From assembly GCA_009924895.1 (NCBI GenBank), contig RFQR01000001.1:79575-143574 (forward strand): 64,000 nucleotides of DNA, in the 5' to 3' direction. Shown piece after piece: positions 15,362 through 24,844 of this stretch. The notes under the pieces are model-generated. The model made no database searches. It was not told the DNA's origin and saw only the letters and a list, made by a program, of their open reading frames with translations. The first letter of the stretch is position 1, and the number at the start of each line of letters is the position of its first letter. A program made the translations under genes and the position numbers. The DNA is from a bacterium. GTDB taxonomy: Bacteria; Patescibacteriota; Minisyncoccia; Phycocordibacterales; UBA2100.

Positions 15362-17257
15362 ATGTCTGAATACGTCGACGATCCTCGGCGAATAACCTAT
15401 TTTGCCTCCACGCATACCCGCGGCAAACGTGAGATGTTTGGCATCCGCGCTGATGATCGTGGCAAGCACATGTATGTCATCGGGAAAACCGGTATGGGTA
15501 AATCAACCATGCTTGAAAATCTTGCGATTCAAGACATACAAAATGGGGAAGGGCTGGCATTTATCGATCCACACGGTTCGACTGCAGAAAAGCTGCTCGA
15601 CTTTGTCCCGCATGACCGCATCAAAGATGTCCTCTATTTAGCACCATTTGATGTCGATAATCCAATTGGGTTTAATGTGATGGAGGACGTGGGGTATGAC
15701 AAGCGACACCTCGTCGTGTCAGGCCTGATGGGTGCATTCAAGCGTATTTGGGTTGATGCGTGGAGTGCGCGCATGGAATACATCTTGAGTAACACCATGC
15801 TCGCGCTTTTGGAATATCCGGGCGCGACACTCCTTGATGTGAACCGCATGCTCACCAACAAAAATTTTCGTGCTGCGGTGATTGAGAAAATAACCGATCC
15901 AGTCGTGCGCGATTTCTGGACCGTCGAGTTTGCAACTTATACTGACCGCTATACGCAAGAGGCAACGCCGGCGATTCAAAACAAAATCGGTGCGTTTACC
16001 GCAAACCCACTTATTCGCAACATAGTTGGACAACCAAAATCGTCGTTTGATGTTCGAAAAATGATGGATGAAAGAAAAATTCTCATCATCAATCTTTCAA
16101 AGGGGCGCATGGGTGAACAGAATGCATCACTCTTAGGTTCGATGCTGGTGGTAAAGATTTATCTCGCGGCGATGAGTCGCGCTGATGAACCGTATGTGCG
16201 TATGCAGAAGCTACCGCGCTTCTTCCTCTTTGTCGACGAATTTCAGTCGATGATGAACGATGCCTTTGCTGATATTTTGTCTGAAGCCCGCAAATATAAA
16301 CTCGCGTTAACGCTTGCAAACCAATATATCGAGCAGATGGAAGAGAAGGTTCGTGATGCGGTCTTTGGTAACGTTGGTACCCTCATTACATTTCGTGTTG
16401 GCCCGTTTGACGCAGAAGTGTTAAAGACAGTGTTTGAGCCGACTTTTTTTGCAGAGGATTTGGTTGAGCTCGGTTTAGGACAAATCTACCTCACGCTCAT
16501 GATTGATGGTGTTGGGTCACCGCCGTTTTCTGCAGAAACGATTCCGCCGATCGAAGCGCCGAACATCTCGTACCGAAATGATGTCGTGATTTCTTCGCGC
16601 GAAAACTATTCTCGTCCTCGCGCTGATATTGAGAGAAGTATCACTGAGCGACTACAAGAATTTTTACCGCCGCCTCCGCAAAAGAAGGCAAACTCATGGT
16701 CAAACGCACCGTCTAAGAATACTCAGCCGCCTCGATCACAAGCTTCTGCTCCGAAACCCCCGCCAGAAAGACCACTTCGGGAAGAACGAAAAGAAAAACC
16801 ACGTGATGTGCGTCCGCCGCAAGAAGTACAGAGATTTCCAGAACCACGAGTCTCTGTTGAACATGCGCCACGATTTATTCAGCAGCCGCATGTCGCACAC
16901 CCGACTGTGGTCCAAGAGCGCCCTGCGCCAAAACCAGTACGTCCATTCGAAGTCCGCCCTCAACAGCCCGTTTCTGCGTTTGCAGCACAAAAAAATGAAT
17001 TGCGGGATGCGCTCAATCAGTACCAGAGTACTGCCGCACCGAAAGAGTCTCCCGCCGATCTTTTGCGATCAAAACTCAAAACAAAAGTACGCGAGCAGGA
17101 AATTGAAGCCGGCAACCGGGAGACGTCTCGTCCCTACAATACATCACCACAATCTGCAAAGACACGCTCAGAGGAGCCCACTCGAGCGCCAGAGGGTCCA
17201 CGTGATGATATTCCTAATGAGTTTCTACAACGCTTACTCAAGGGAGGTGATCTATGA
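15362..17257 (+). CDS. VirD4/TrwB/HerA-like P-loop ATPase with Pro/Gln-rich disordered tail
   Basis: HMYVIGKTGMGKST (Walker A), FIDPHG, LFVDEFQ (Walker B), SEARKY.L.L.LANQY. Start at ATG 15362. Confidence 0.88.
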   Translation: MSEYVDDPRRITYFASTHTRGKREMFGIRADDRGKHMYVIGKTGMGKSTMLENLAIQDIQNGEGLAFIDPHGSTAEKLLDFVPHDRIKDVLYLAPFDVDNPIGFNVMEDVGYDKRHLVVSGLMGAFKRIWVDAWSARMEYILSNTMLALLEYPGATLLDVNRMLTNKNFRAAVIEKITDPVVRDFWTVEFATYTDRYTQEATPAIQNKIGAFTANPLIRNIVGQPKSSFDVRKMMDERKILIINLSKGRMGEQNASLLGSMLVVKIYLAAMSRADEPYVRMQKLPRFFLFVDEFQSMMNDAFADILSEARKYKLALTLANQYIEQMEEKVRDAVFGNVGTLITFRVGPFDAEVLKTVFEPTFFAEDLVELGLGQIYLTLMIDGVGSPPFSAETIPPIEAPNISYRNDVVISSRENYSRPRADIERSITERLQEFLPPPPQKKANSWSNAPSKNTQPPRSQASAPKPPPERPLREERKEKPRDVRPPQEVQRFPEPRVSVEHAPRFIQQPHVAHPTVVQERPAPKPVRPFEVRPQQPVSAFAAQKNELRDALNQYQSTAAPKESPADLLRSKLKTKVREQEIEAGNRETSRPYNTSPQSAKTRSEEPTRAPEGPRDDIPNEFLQRLLKGGDL

Positions 17258-18054
17258 GTAGGATGCTTTTCTTGATGCTTTTGGTGCCGCAGAGCACCTA
17301 TGCGAGCGTCATCGTCACAGAGATCATGTACAATGCGCCAGGCACGGATGCAAAACAAGAATGGATTGAACTCTATAACAATAGTTCAGAAACAGTTGAT
17401 CTGAAGGGATGGAAAATTTTTGACGGTTCAAATCATACGCTCGCCATCCCGCCCAAAAACGGGGGAGTCGGATCGCTTTCGCTCGCGCCCAATTCATACC
17501 TCATTGTTGCGGCAAACGCTGCACAATTTCTTTCACAGCATACGGTCACGGTTTCGGTCATTGATTCATCCCTTTCGCTGGGGAACGAGGGAGACATCGT
17601 GAAGCTCATTGATGGAAGCGGGTCGGTCGTTGATGCAGTAACGTATACAAAGAATGCGGGCGCGCGGGGCGATGGAAATAGCTTGCAGTGGAACGGTAGT
17701 GCTTTTATCGCTACGTCACCAACACCGGGTGAGGCGATGCGAGCAGTTGTTCAGAAACGTGTAGAGCCCCTCACGGCCCGGACCAGTGCACCAGAATCTC
17801 GCACAGTATCGAAAAAAATCTTGACATTTAAACAGCGTACCGAATCTAGAACGCCCTCCAACACAAAGTCTCGAAACGAAAGCGAGTTACCTGAATATAG
17901 CTCGAGCACTACGGAGTCTCTTGTGGCATCAGCAACGGTACCTTCGTGGAGCTGGGCGGGCGGCGCCGCTACGCTCTCGCTTCTTGCTGGTGGCGCGGTG
18001 TTTGCCGCACGCCGCATAAAAAGGGAAGAGTGGGATATTGAGGAAATCACATGA
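17254..18054 (+). CDS. Lamin-tail-domain surface protein with C-terminal TM anchor
   Basis: VIVTEIMYNAPG...EWIELYN....VDLKGW, L.N.GD.V.L, PTPG. Confidence 0.85.
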   Translation: MSRMLFLMLLVPQSTYASVIVTEIMYNAPGTDAKQEWIELYNNSSETVDLKGWKIFDGSNHTLAIPPKNGGVGSLSLAPNSYLIVAANAAQFLSQHTVTVSVIDSSLSLGNEGDIVKLIDGSGSVVDAVTYTKNAGARGDGNSLQWNGSAFIATSPTPGEAMRAVVQKRVEPLTARTSAPESRTVSKKILTFKQRTESRTPSNTKSRNESELPEYSSSTTESLVASATVPSWSWAGGAATLSLLAGGAVFAARRIKREEWDIEEIT

Positions 18055-18932
18055 AGACGATAGGCTTTCTCTATATGAATACAACAAAGACGATTGTGGT
18101 GACTGGTGGCGCGGGGTTTGTTGGGTCTCATGTAGTGCAACGGCTTGTTGAAGGAGGGCACCGTGTGATTGTCGTTGATAATTATTTCATGGGAGCGGGC
18201 GTAAAAATCGAAGGTGCAGAATACCGTGAAGGTCATACCAAAAATATTGATGCGCTTGTCCCCGAAAAACCTGACCTTATCTTTCACCTCGGCGAGTATT
18301 CGCGCACCGAAGAAAGTCTGCTTGAGCCATATGTTGTATGGGACTTAAATATCGCCGGATCACTTGGTGTGTTTGAGTTTTGGCGCAAACACGGATGCAA
18401 ACTTATATATGCGGGCTCATCGACAAAATTCGCCGATGGAGGTGCGGGGAAAGCGCAAAGTCCGTACGCATGGTCAAAGTCGCTCAACAGTGAGACCGTA
18501 CGGCGGTACCACGAGTGGTACGGACTTCCGTTTGCCACTACGTATTTCTACAACGTGTTTGGTCCGGGCGAGCGCGCAGGGAAGTACGGGACCCTCATTG
18601 AGATTTTCCGACAGAAAATGCTACAGGGTGAGCCACTCACGGTGCGAAAGCCTGGTTCGCAAAAGCGAATCTTCACGCACGTTGAAGATATTGTTGATGG
18701 GCTTTTGTGTGTCGCAGAAAAGGGGGAGAATGACGAGTACGGCCTCGGTGCCGAAACGAAGTATTCAGTTCTTGATATTGCTCACTTTTTTGGGGGAGAG
18801 ATTGAATGGCTCCCCGAGCGCGGAGGCAACCGCGCTGATGCTTCGATTGACCTCACGACATCACACGCGCTTGGCTGGAAGGCACGGCGTGATGTTGTCG
18901 ACTATATTGCAGCAATAAAAAATAAACCATGA
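18051..18932 (+). CDS. NAD-dependent epimerase/dehydratase
   Basis: VTGGAGFVGSH, SPYAWSK (YxxxK), FYNVFGPGE. Confidence 0.9.
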   Translation: MKTIGFLYMNTTKTIVVTGGAGFVGSHVVQRLVEGGHRVIVVDNYFMGAGVKIEGAEYREGHTKNIDALVPEKPDLIFHLGEYSRTEESLLEPYVVWDLNIAGSLGVFEFWRKHGCKLIYAGSSTKFADGGAGKAQSPYAWSKSLNSETVRRYHEWYGLPFATTYFYNVFGPGERAGKYGTLIEIFRQKMLQGEPLTVRKPGSQKRIFTHVEDIVDGLLCVAEKGENDEYGLGAETKYSVLDIAHFFGGEIEWLPERGGNRADASIDLTTSHALGWKARRDVVDYIAAIKNKP

Positions 18933-19597
18933 AAACAGCAGTTCTCATTCACGGTCATCATTTGGGAACTTCCAATTGGGAAGAGGTAGTGTGGGGAGAT
19001 CCCAAAAGTGGAGTTTATGGGCGCGCACCTGCTGGCGTTCGTGAAGCAATTCGTTTTAATGCCGATATATTATTTTTTCCGACGGGAGGCTCAGAAAAAC
19101 AGGGGCTCAAGGAGGGGCAGTGGGCATTTAACATTACACAGGAGCGCTTTCGAGATATTCCAGAATGTAACCTGTGGACAGAGGATGAAGCGCACGATTG
19201 GCTCACAAAGCGTGCGGTACTTGAGCTCACTTCAACAACAACAGTGACAGAAATCGGAACGTGTATGAAAATTGCCCAAGAGAGAGGAATGGAACGCATT
19301 GTTCTAGTGTCGGGCCCAACACATCTTCCTCGCGCACTTCTCACAGCGCTCACACTATGCGCTTCTGATCCGCATGCATATCCGTATGCACACGGACTCT
19401 GCGCAATTCCATCTGACACCTGCTATGCGGGCACTACGGCAGAGGATGTGGTCATCGTTGAACCACCACACAGACCCGATCGAAACTCGTACCCGTTGCA
19501 CCAGTTAGTAAAAGAGCTACTTGCACAATCTAATGGAGAACAGGCAACGGACATACTTGCTAAGATTCAAGGGCTTTTGAACAAAACACAAATATGA
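18929..19597 (+). CDS. YdcF/DUF218-like protein
   Basis: FPTGG.....KEG, ELTSTTT..E, LVSGPTHLPRA. Confidence 0.55.
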   Translation: MKTAVLIHGHHLGTSNWEEVVWGDPKSGVYGRAPAGVREAIRFNADILFFPTGGSEKQGLKEGQWAFNITQERFRDIPECNLWTEDEAHDWLTKRAVLELTSTTTVTEIGTCMKIAQERGMERIVLVSGPTHLPRALLTALTLCASDPHAYPYAHGLCAIPSDTCYAGTTAEDVVIVEPPHRPDRNSYPLHQLVKELLAQSNGEQATDILAKIQGLLNKTQI

Positions 19598-20808
19598 AAA
19601 AAAGAGTTCTCATTTTTTCGCTCGCGTATTTTCCCAAGCACGTTGGCGGTGCAGAGGTGGCAATACAAGAAATCACTGATCGGTTACCTGACTATGAATT
19701 TCATATGGTAACGAATCGATTTGATTCGACTCTGCCCGCAGTGGAACAGGTTGGGAATGTATTAGTGCATCGCATCGGCATCACGACAAAAAACCCGAGC
19801 ATGGCCGACTTAAAAAAGTTTCCGCTCAATCTGAATAAGCCTCTTTTTCAGTTTCTTGCTGCGTGGAAAGGGTGGAGATTGCACAGGCAGTACCACTATG
19901 ACGCGACGTGGGCAATGATGGCACACAGTTGTGGTGTTCCTGCGGCGCTGTTTAAAATGTGTAATCCGTCAGTGCCCTATCTTTTGACACTGCAAGAAGG
20001 TGACTCGATTCCGTACATTGAGCGCAAAATGCGACCACTGTGGCCGCTCTTTATCCGCGCATTTACGCGAGCAGACATGGTGCAAGCGATATCGACGTTT
20101 CTCGGAACATGGGCGCGAGCACGGCACTTTACCGGGCAGTTAGAAGTTGTACCGAATGCCGTAAATACAGCACATTTTGCTCAGGAATTTCCTTTGAAAA
20201 TAATTGATGATGTTAAAACTGCGCTCAATAAAAAAATGGGGGATGTGTTTGTGATCACCACGTCACGTTTGGTGCATAAAAATGCTGTTGATGACATGAT
20301 TCGTGCACTACCACTACTTCCTGAGAATGTCTCGTTTATTGTTCTGGGTACGGGTCCTGATGAAGTGATGCTCAAAAAACTCGCATCTGATTTGAGGGTG
20401 CAGGAGCGTGTCCATTTTGTGGGACAAGTAGGCCATAAAGAGATGCCGCTGTATTTGAAAGCGTCAGACATTTTTATCCGCGCATCTCGTTCGGAGGGAA
20501 TGGGAAATTCGTTTGTGGAAGCGATGGCTGCGGGGCTTCCGGTGATTGCTACACAAGAAGGCGGTATCGCTGACTTTTTATTCGATGAGAAACGTAATCC
20601 TGATAAGCCAATTACGGGATGGGCAGTTGACACAGATTCGCCAAAGCAGATTGCAGAAGCCGTGCGAGAAATTATGTCTCGTCCTGAAAAAGTGCGCGCG
20701 GTTACTGCGACCGCAAAACAAATGGTCATTGAAAAATACGACTGGGACATTATTGCGCGCGATATGAAAACGAAAGTCTTTGAGCCGCTTTTGGGCATAC
20801 GTGGATAA
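19594..20808 (+). CDS. Glycosyltransferase family 4
   Basis: GGAE, VPNAV, SRLVHKNAVD, SRSEGMGNSFVEAMAAGLPVI. Confidence 0.92.
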   Translation: MKKRVLIFSLAYFPKHVGGAEVAIQEITDRLPDYEFHMVTNRFDSTLPAVEQVGNVLVHRIGITTKNPSMADLKKFPLNLNKPLFQFLAAWKGWRLHRQYHYDATWAMMAHSCGVPAALFKMCNPSVPYLLTLQEGDSIPYIERKMRPLWPLFIRAFTRADMVQAISTFLGTWARARHFTGQLEVVPNAVNTAHFAQEFPLKIIDDVKTALNKKMGDVFVITTSRLVHKNAVDDMIRALPLLPENVSFIVLGTGPDEVMLKKLASDLRVQERVHFVGQVGHKEMPLYLKASDIFIRASRSEGMGNSFVEAMAAGLPVIATQEGGIADFLFDEKRNPDKPITGWAVDTDSPKQIAEAVREIMSRPEKVRAVTATAKQMVIEKYDWDIIARDMKTKVFEPLLGIRG

Positions 20809-20893
20809 CTCCTTGCACTCTGTACCAACACAGCTATTGTTGAAATAGGTGATGGTGGTTGTTCCACCAGCCTATAAAGTGAAAGGATTCGTC

Positions 20894-21013
20894 ATGAATT
20901 ACCGCTCGCAGCGAATGAGTGTGAGTGTAGTTTCTTCGTGGTCGACCTGGTCTTTCGTGAAGGGAGCCCTTCACAATTTTTCATACCCGCGTAAATGGCC
21001 TCCACGAGCGTAA
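20894..21013 (+). CDS. Putative 39-aa small protein
   Basis: GAAAGGA SD-like motif before ATG; MNYRSQRMSVSVVSSWSTWSFVKGALHNFSYPRKWPPRA; followed by two hairpins. Confidence 0.35.
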   Translation: MNYRSQRMSVSVVSSWSTWSFVKGALHNFSYPRKWPPRA

Positions 21014-21066
21014 GGCCTGAGCGCAGGGCATCGAGAGATTTGAATCCTTCGATGCCAGAAGAGTTT

Positions 21067-21096
21067 GAGGGGGCGCTGTGTTACACAGCGCCCCTC
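21067..21096 (+). terminator. Intrinsic terminator-like hairpin
   Basis: GAGGGGGCGCTGTG-tta-CACAGCGCCCCTC followed by a T-rich tract. Confidence 0.65.
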
Positions 21097-21133
21097 GATT
21101 CGTCTTTTTCCATATTTCCGTTACAGTTATTGT

Positions 21134-22120
21134 ATGAAACTCGTGATTGCAACTGGCATTTATCCGCCTGAAATTGGCGGGCCTTCGTACTACGCCAAAG
21201 AGCTCGCGGAAGCCCTCACGCGCACGGGTCACGATATCACCGTCTGCACGTTCAGTGCGTTCAGGCGCTACCCGAGCGGTATTCGACATATTACGTACTT
21301 TTGGCATGTAGTGCGTGCAGCTCGTGATGCTCGAGCGATAATCGCTCTCGATACGTTTAGCGTGGGATTTCCAGGTTTTGTTGCAAGCATACTTACCGGC
21401 GTCCCAATTATTATCCGCACCGGCGGTGATTTCTTATGGGAATCATTTGTAAACCGTACGAACGAACCAATAGGTCTGTCAGAATTTTATGCGACTGATC
21501 ATGAGTTTACATTTAAAGAGCGACTCATATGGTCAATTACTCGTTTGGTAGTCCGCAGAGCGACTATGGTATTTAGTACTGCGTATCAGCGCGACCTCTG
21601 GATTGATGCGTATCGTATTGAAAAGCCGACGCATATTATTGCAAATGCAATTGAGTCTCAGCTTCCATCCTATCCACCAACACGAAAAAACTTTTTATGG
21701 TATGTACGAGACGTGGGGGTTAAAAATGGACCACGCGTTAAAGAGGCGTTTGCACTCGCACAAAAAGTGCACCCCGATATTGAGCTGGATACCGGACACG
21801 TCACCAAAGAAGAATTACTGAAGCGTATGGCAGCATGCTATGCAGTCATCTTGCCATCGCTTTCAGAAATTAGTCCCAACTATATTTTTGATGGACTTCG
21901 ATTCAAAAAGCCGTTTATAGTTACCGCTGAGTGCGGGCAAGCAGAATTACTGGAACCCTACGGCACGCTCGTTGATCCGACCAACGTGAACCGCATGGCA
22001 GATGTATTTTGTATGCTTGCGACTGACGAGGGGTATGAAGAAGCCAAAGCAAAAGCAGAGCACTTCGCATCAATTCGCACGTATGATGCCGTTGCCGAGG
22101 ATTTTTTACAATTACTATGA
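21134..22120 (+). CDS. Glycosyltransferase family 4
   Basis: MKLVIATGIYPPEIGGPS, ILPSLSEISPN. Confidence 0.85.
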   Translation: MKLVIATGIYPPEIGGPSYYAKELAEALTRTGHDITVCTFSAFRRYPSGIRHITYFWHVVRAARDARAIIALDTFSVGFPGFVASILTGVPIIIRTGGDFLWESFVNRTNEPIGLSEFYATDHEFTFKERLIWSITRLVVRRATMVFSTAYQRDLWIDAYRIEKPTHIIANAIESQLPSYPPTRKNFLWYVRDVGVKNGPRVKEAFALAQKVHPDIELDTGHVTKEELLKRMAACYAVILPSLSEISPNYIFDGLRFKKPFIVTAECGQAELLEPYGTLVDPTNVNRMADVFCMLATDEGYEEAKAKAEHFASIRTYDAVAEDFLQLL

Positions 22121-23190
22121 ACGTATCTCCACGAAAAGTTTCTGAAGCGCTCAGAGTGCTCTCGATTGGTACCGATCGAACGCTGTTTGATAAGGAAAGC
22201 GCTGTTCGGGTACGTCAGAGAGCATTTGCTGCACGGTTTGATGCGTTCATAATCATTGTTTTTTCAACGGCACGACATCCTGAGGTTACAGAAGGGTCGC
22301 TGAAAATCATGAGTACTAACTCGCTCATGCCTCTTACATATGGTTTTGGTGCACTGCGCAGGGCAGCTGCTATTGATGCTGATATCGTTACGGCACAAGA
22401 TCCGTTTGAAACGGGGCTTGTCGCATGGTGTATTGCCTGGAGCAAACGAATACCGCTCCATGTACAAGTTCATACTGATCCTTTTAGTTCAAGCTTTAAG
22501 CGTCATTCTTTCATAAATCGTATCCGTACCATCATTGCACGGTTTGTGCTCAAGCGTGCGAGTGCGGTGCGTGTTGTGTCTGAGCGAGTCGCTGAGTCAG
22601 TGGAGCGGTACACACAAGCACCAATGAGCGTTTTACCGTTGTATACGGACATTGCACGCTTTGAATCGCTGCCGCGTTTAAAACACCCCCGCTTCAAAAT
22701 TGCGTTGTTGTTTATTGGAAGGCTGGAGTCAGAAAAGGGTTGTATGCAAGCGTTGCAGGCGCTTAAGCTGGTGCGCTCACGCGGACATGACGCAGGGCTC
22801 ACTATTGTTGGCTCGGGAAGAGAAGATCACGTGCTCAGAGAATTCGCTCGTGGAAATGGACTCGAGCAGCATGTCATTTTCTGCGGTTGGCGAGCAGATG
22901 TGAGTTCGTTTCTGAGCGAGGCTGATGCTCTGCTGGTCCCTTCTTTGTATGAAGGGTACGGTGTCGTTATAGTTGAAGCACTCGCAGCACATGTGCCTGT
23001 CATTGCGGCTGATGTTGGTGTCGCCCGAGAAGCAGGCGCTATCATTGCTGAATCCGACTTTACACAATCAGTGCTTGCGTGGGTCGAACATGGTCCACGC
23101 ACCGCTGACTTAAAACTCCCACTAATACATTCTTTTGACGAATACGTCGATGCGTGGGCGCAAGGAATAACCGAAGTTGTTCAACAATAA
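22117..23190 (+). CDS. Glycosyltransferase family 4
   Basis: AQDPFETG, FIGRLESEKG, PSLYEGYGVVIVEALAA. Confidence 0.9.
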   Translation: MNVSPRKVSEALRVLSIGTDRTLFDKESAVRVRQRAFAARFDAFIIIVFSTARHPEVTEGSLKIMSTNSLMPLTYGFGALRRAAAIDADIVTAQDPFETGLVAWCIAWSKRIPLHVQVHTDPFSSSFKRHSFINRIRTIIARFVLKRASAVRVVSERVAESVERYTQAPMSVLPLYTDIARFESLPRLKHPRFKIALLFIGRLESEKGCMQALQALKLVRSRGHDAGLTIVGSGREDHVLREFARGNGLEQHVIFCGWRADVSSFLSEADALLVPSLYEGYGVVIVEALAAHVPVIAADVGVAREAGAIIAESDFTQSVLAWVEHGPRTADLKLPLIHSFDEYVDAWAQGITEVVQQ

Positions 23191-23195
23191 GAATC

Positions 23196-23221
23196 GGGGA
23201 CCAATCGAAAGATTGGTCCCC
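23196..23221. terminator. Hairpin between convergent genes
   Basis: GGGGACCAATC-GAAA-GATTGGTCCCC, perfect 11-bp stem. Confidence 0.7.
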
Positions 23222-23227
23222 ACGTCA

Positions 23228-23839
23228 TCATGAAGGCACCACATCAGTTCGGGGTTTGTATGTTCCCCGAAGCTTGTCCGCAATGCCTTGGATTTCCTCT
23301 GCAACACGCTCTGCCAAAGTACCTTGCCCGAAAGCGTCGATGAGTTGCTCTTTGCTCCACTTCTCGGCGAGAAGGAGAAAGGATTCTGCCGAAAAGAGGG
23401 GGAGCATGAGGCCTGCTGCAGAAATATCCATTGCGGCCCGCGGCAGATGATAGTGGTTTGTTACCACAAAAGCATCACGCGGTTCCAATGCTTGTTGGTC
23501 ACGAATGATGGCAATGTTGCCACCAGTGTTCGAGTTAGAAGCTACCGCGGATAGTTTTGAGGGACTGATTTCATGATCATGCACCAGCATTTCTTTGATT
23601 GCGTGCGCCCTGTTCACGACTGGCTCTTCGCTTTTGTAGCGACCTTCGTTGCCGCCGACGAGTACGAGGTGCTCTGCATACCCGAGGCGGAGCAGGGATG
23701 CAAACCCAGCGAGCCGAAGTTCTCCAAAGAGATACTTCCGAGAACCGAGGTCCGTGAGTGCGGGTTTGAAACCACTACGTCGTCCAAGGTCTTTTTCCAC
23801 GTCGAACGCAAGTCCATAGGCGTGAGAATACTCGGCCAT
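23228..23839 (-). CDS. YdcF/ElyC/SanA (DUF218) family protein
   Basis: LVLVGG, SNSNTGGN, VVTNHYHLPRA; AGGAG SD upstream. Confidence 0.75.
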   Translation of the reverse strand: MAEYSHAYGLAFDVEKDLGRRSGFKPALTDLGSRKYLFGELRLAGFASLLRLGYAEHLVLVGGNEGRYKSEEPVVNRAHAIKEMLVHDHEISPSKLSAVASNSNTGGNIAIIRDQQALEPRDAFVVTNHYHLPRAAMDISAAGLMLPLFSAESFLLLAEKWSKEQLIDAFGQGTLAERVAEEIQGIADKLRGTYKPRTDVVPS

Positions 23840-23941
23840 CCTAATCTCCTTTTTCTGGCAGGGTAACTCTTTTAGAATAATAAAACATCATAAAAAAAAG
23901 TCAATTACTTGCATTGTGGGGTGCGTGATAGAGTATTCACC

Positions 23942-24835
23942 ATGTCAAAACCAACCATCGGATTTATCGGCCATGGATATGTCGGTAAAAATTACGCAGA
24001 TAATTTGACAGACCGCGGTTTTTCAGTCGTTCGGTACTCACTTGAAGAACCCCACGTGCACAATAAGGATAAAGTGAAAGAATGTGACATTGTTTTTGTA
24101 GCCGTTCCTACGCCGACCAACCCAAAAGGTTTTGATGTATCGATCGTTGAAGGGGCACTCAAGTTGATAAAGAAGGGTGCGGCCGTGGTTATAAAATCGA
24201 CAGTGTTGCCCGGCACTACTCGAAAACTACAGAAAAAATTTCCGCATCTCATATTCATGTTTAGCCCGGAATTTCTTTCAGTTGCGACTGCGCGCAAAGA
24301 TACCGATGCTCCGTTTGTATGCGTGATTGGGATACCGGTCGATGACGAGAAGCACCGGAAGGCTGCTGCGATGATGCACGAAATTTTGCCAAAGGCTCCG
24401 CTCCATCTCACGTGCACGAGCGAAGAAGCGGAAATCTATAAATATGCTCACAATATTAACGGCTACACCCAGATTCTTGCGTTCAACTTGATGTATGATT
24501 TGGCGTTGCATCACAAAGCGGATTGGAACCAGATAGAAAAAGCGCTCAAAGCTGATCCGTACATACCAACGAGATATGCTTCTCCTGTACACAAGAGCGG
24601 TCGCGGCGCTGGCGGTGGATGCTTTATCAAAGACATGGCAGCGTTTTCGCACCACTATCGCTCAGTCCTGAAGAATAAGCATGCACACGCCTTTTTGCAG
24701 GCCGCAGAGCGTCATAACATCGCGCTTCTTCTCGGCACCAATAAAGATCTTGATCTGTTACAAGGTGTGTACGGTAGAAAAGTTTTGAGTGCGCCTAAGA
24801 AAACCCAAAAAGCGAAGAAGGCAAAAAAGCGCTAG
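23942..24835 (+). CDS. UDP-glucose/GDP-mannose dehydrogenase family protein (short form)
   Basis: GFIGHGYVG, VAVPTP, IKSTVLPGTT, SPEFL, GAGGGCFIKD. No C-terminal UDP-binding domain. Confidence 0.85.
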   Translation: MSKPTIGFIGHGYVGKNYADNLTDRGFSVVRYSLEEPHVHNKDKVKECDIVFVAVPTPTNPKGFDVSIVEGALKLIKKGAAVVIKSTVLPGTTRKLQKKFPHLIFMFSPEFLSVATARKDTDAPFVCVIGIPVDDEKHRKAAAMMHEILPKAPLHLTCTSEEAEIYKYAHNINGYTQILAFNLMYDLALHHKADWNQIEKALKADPYIPTRYASPVHKSGRGAGGGCFIKDMAAFSHHYRSVLKNKHAHAFLQAAERHNIALLLGTNKDLDLLQGVYGRKVLSAPKKTQKAKKAKKR

Positions 24836-24844
24836 AATAGGAAG

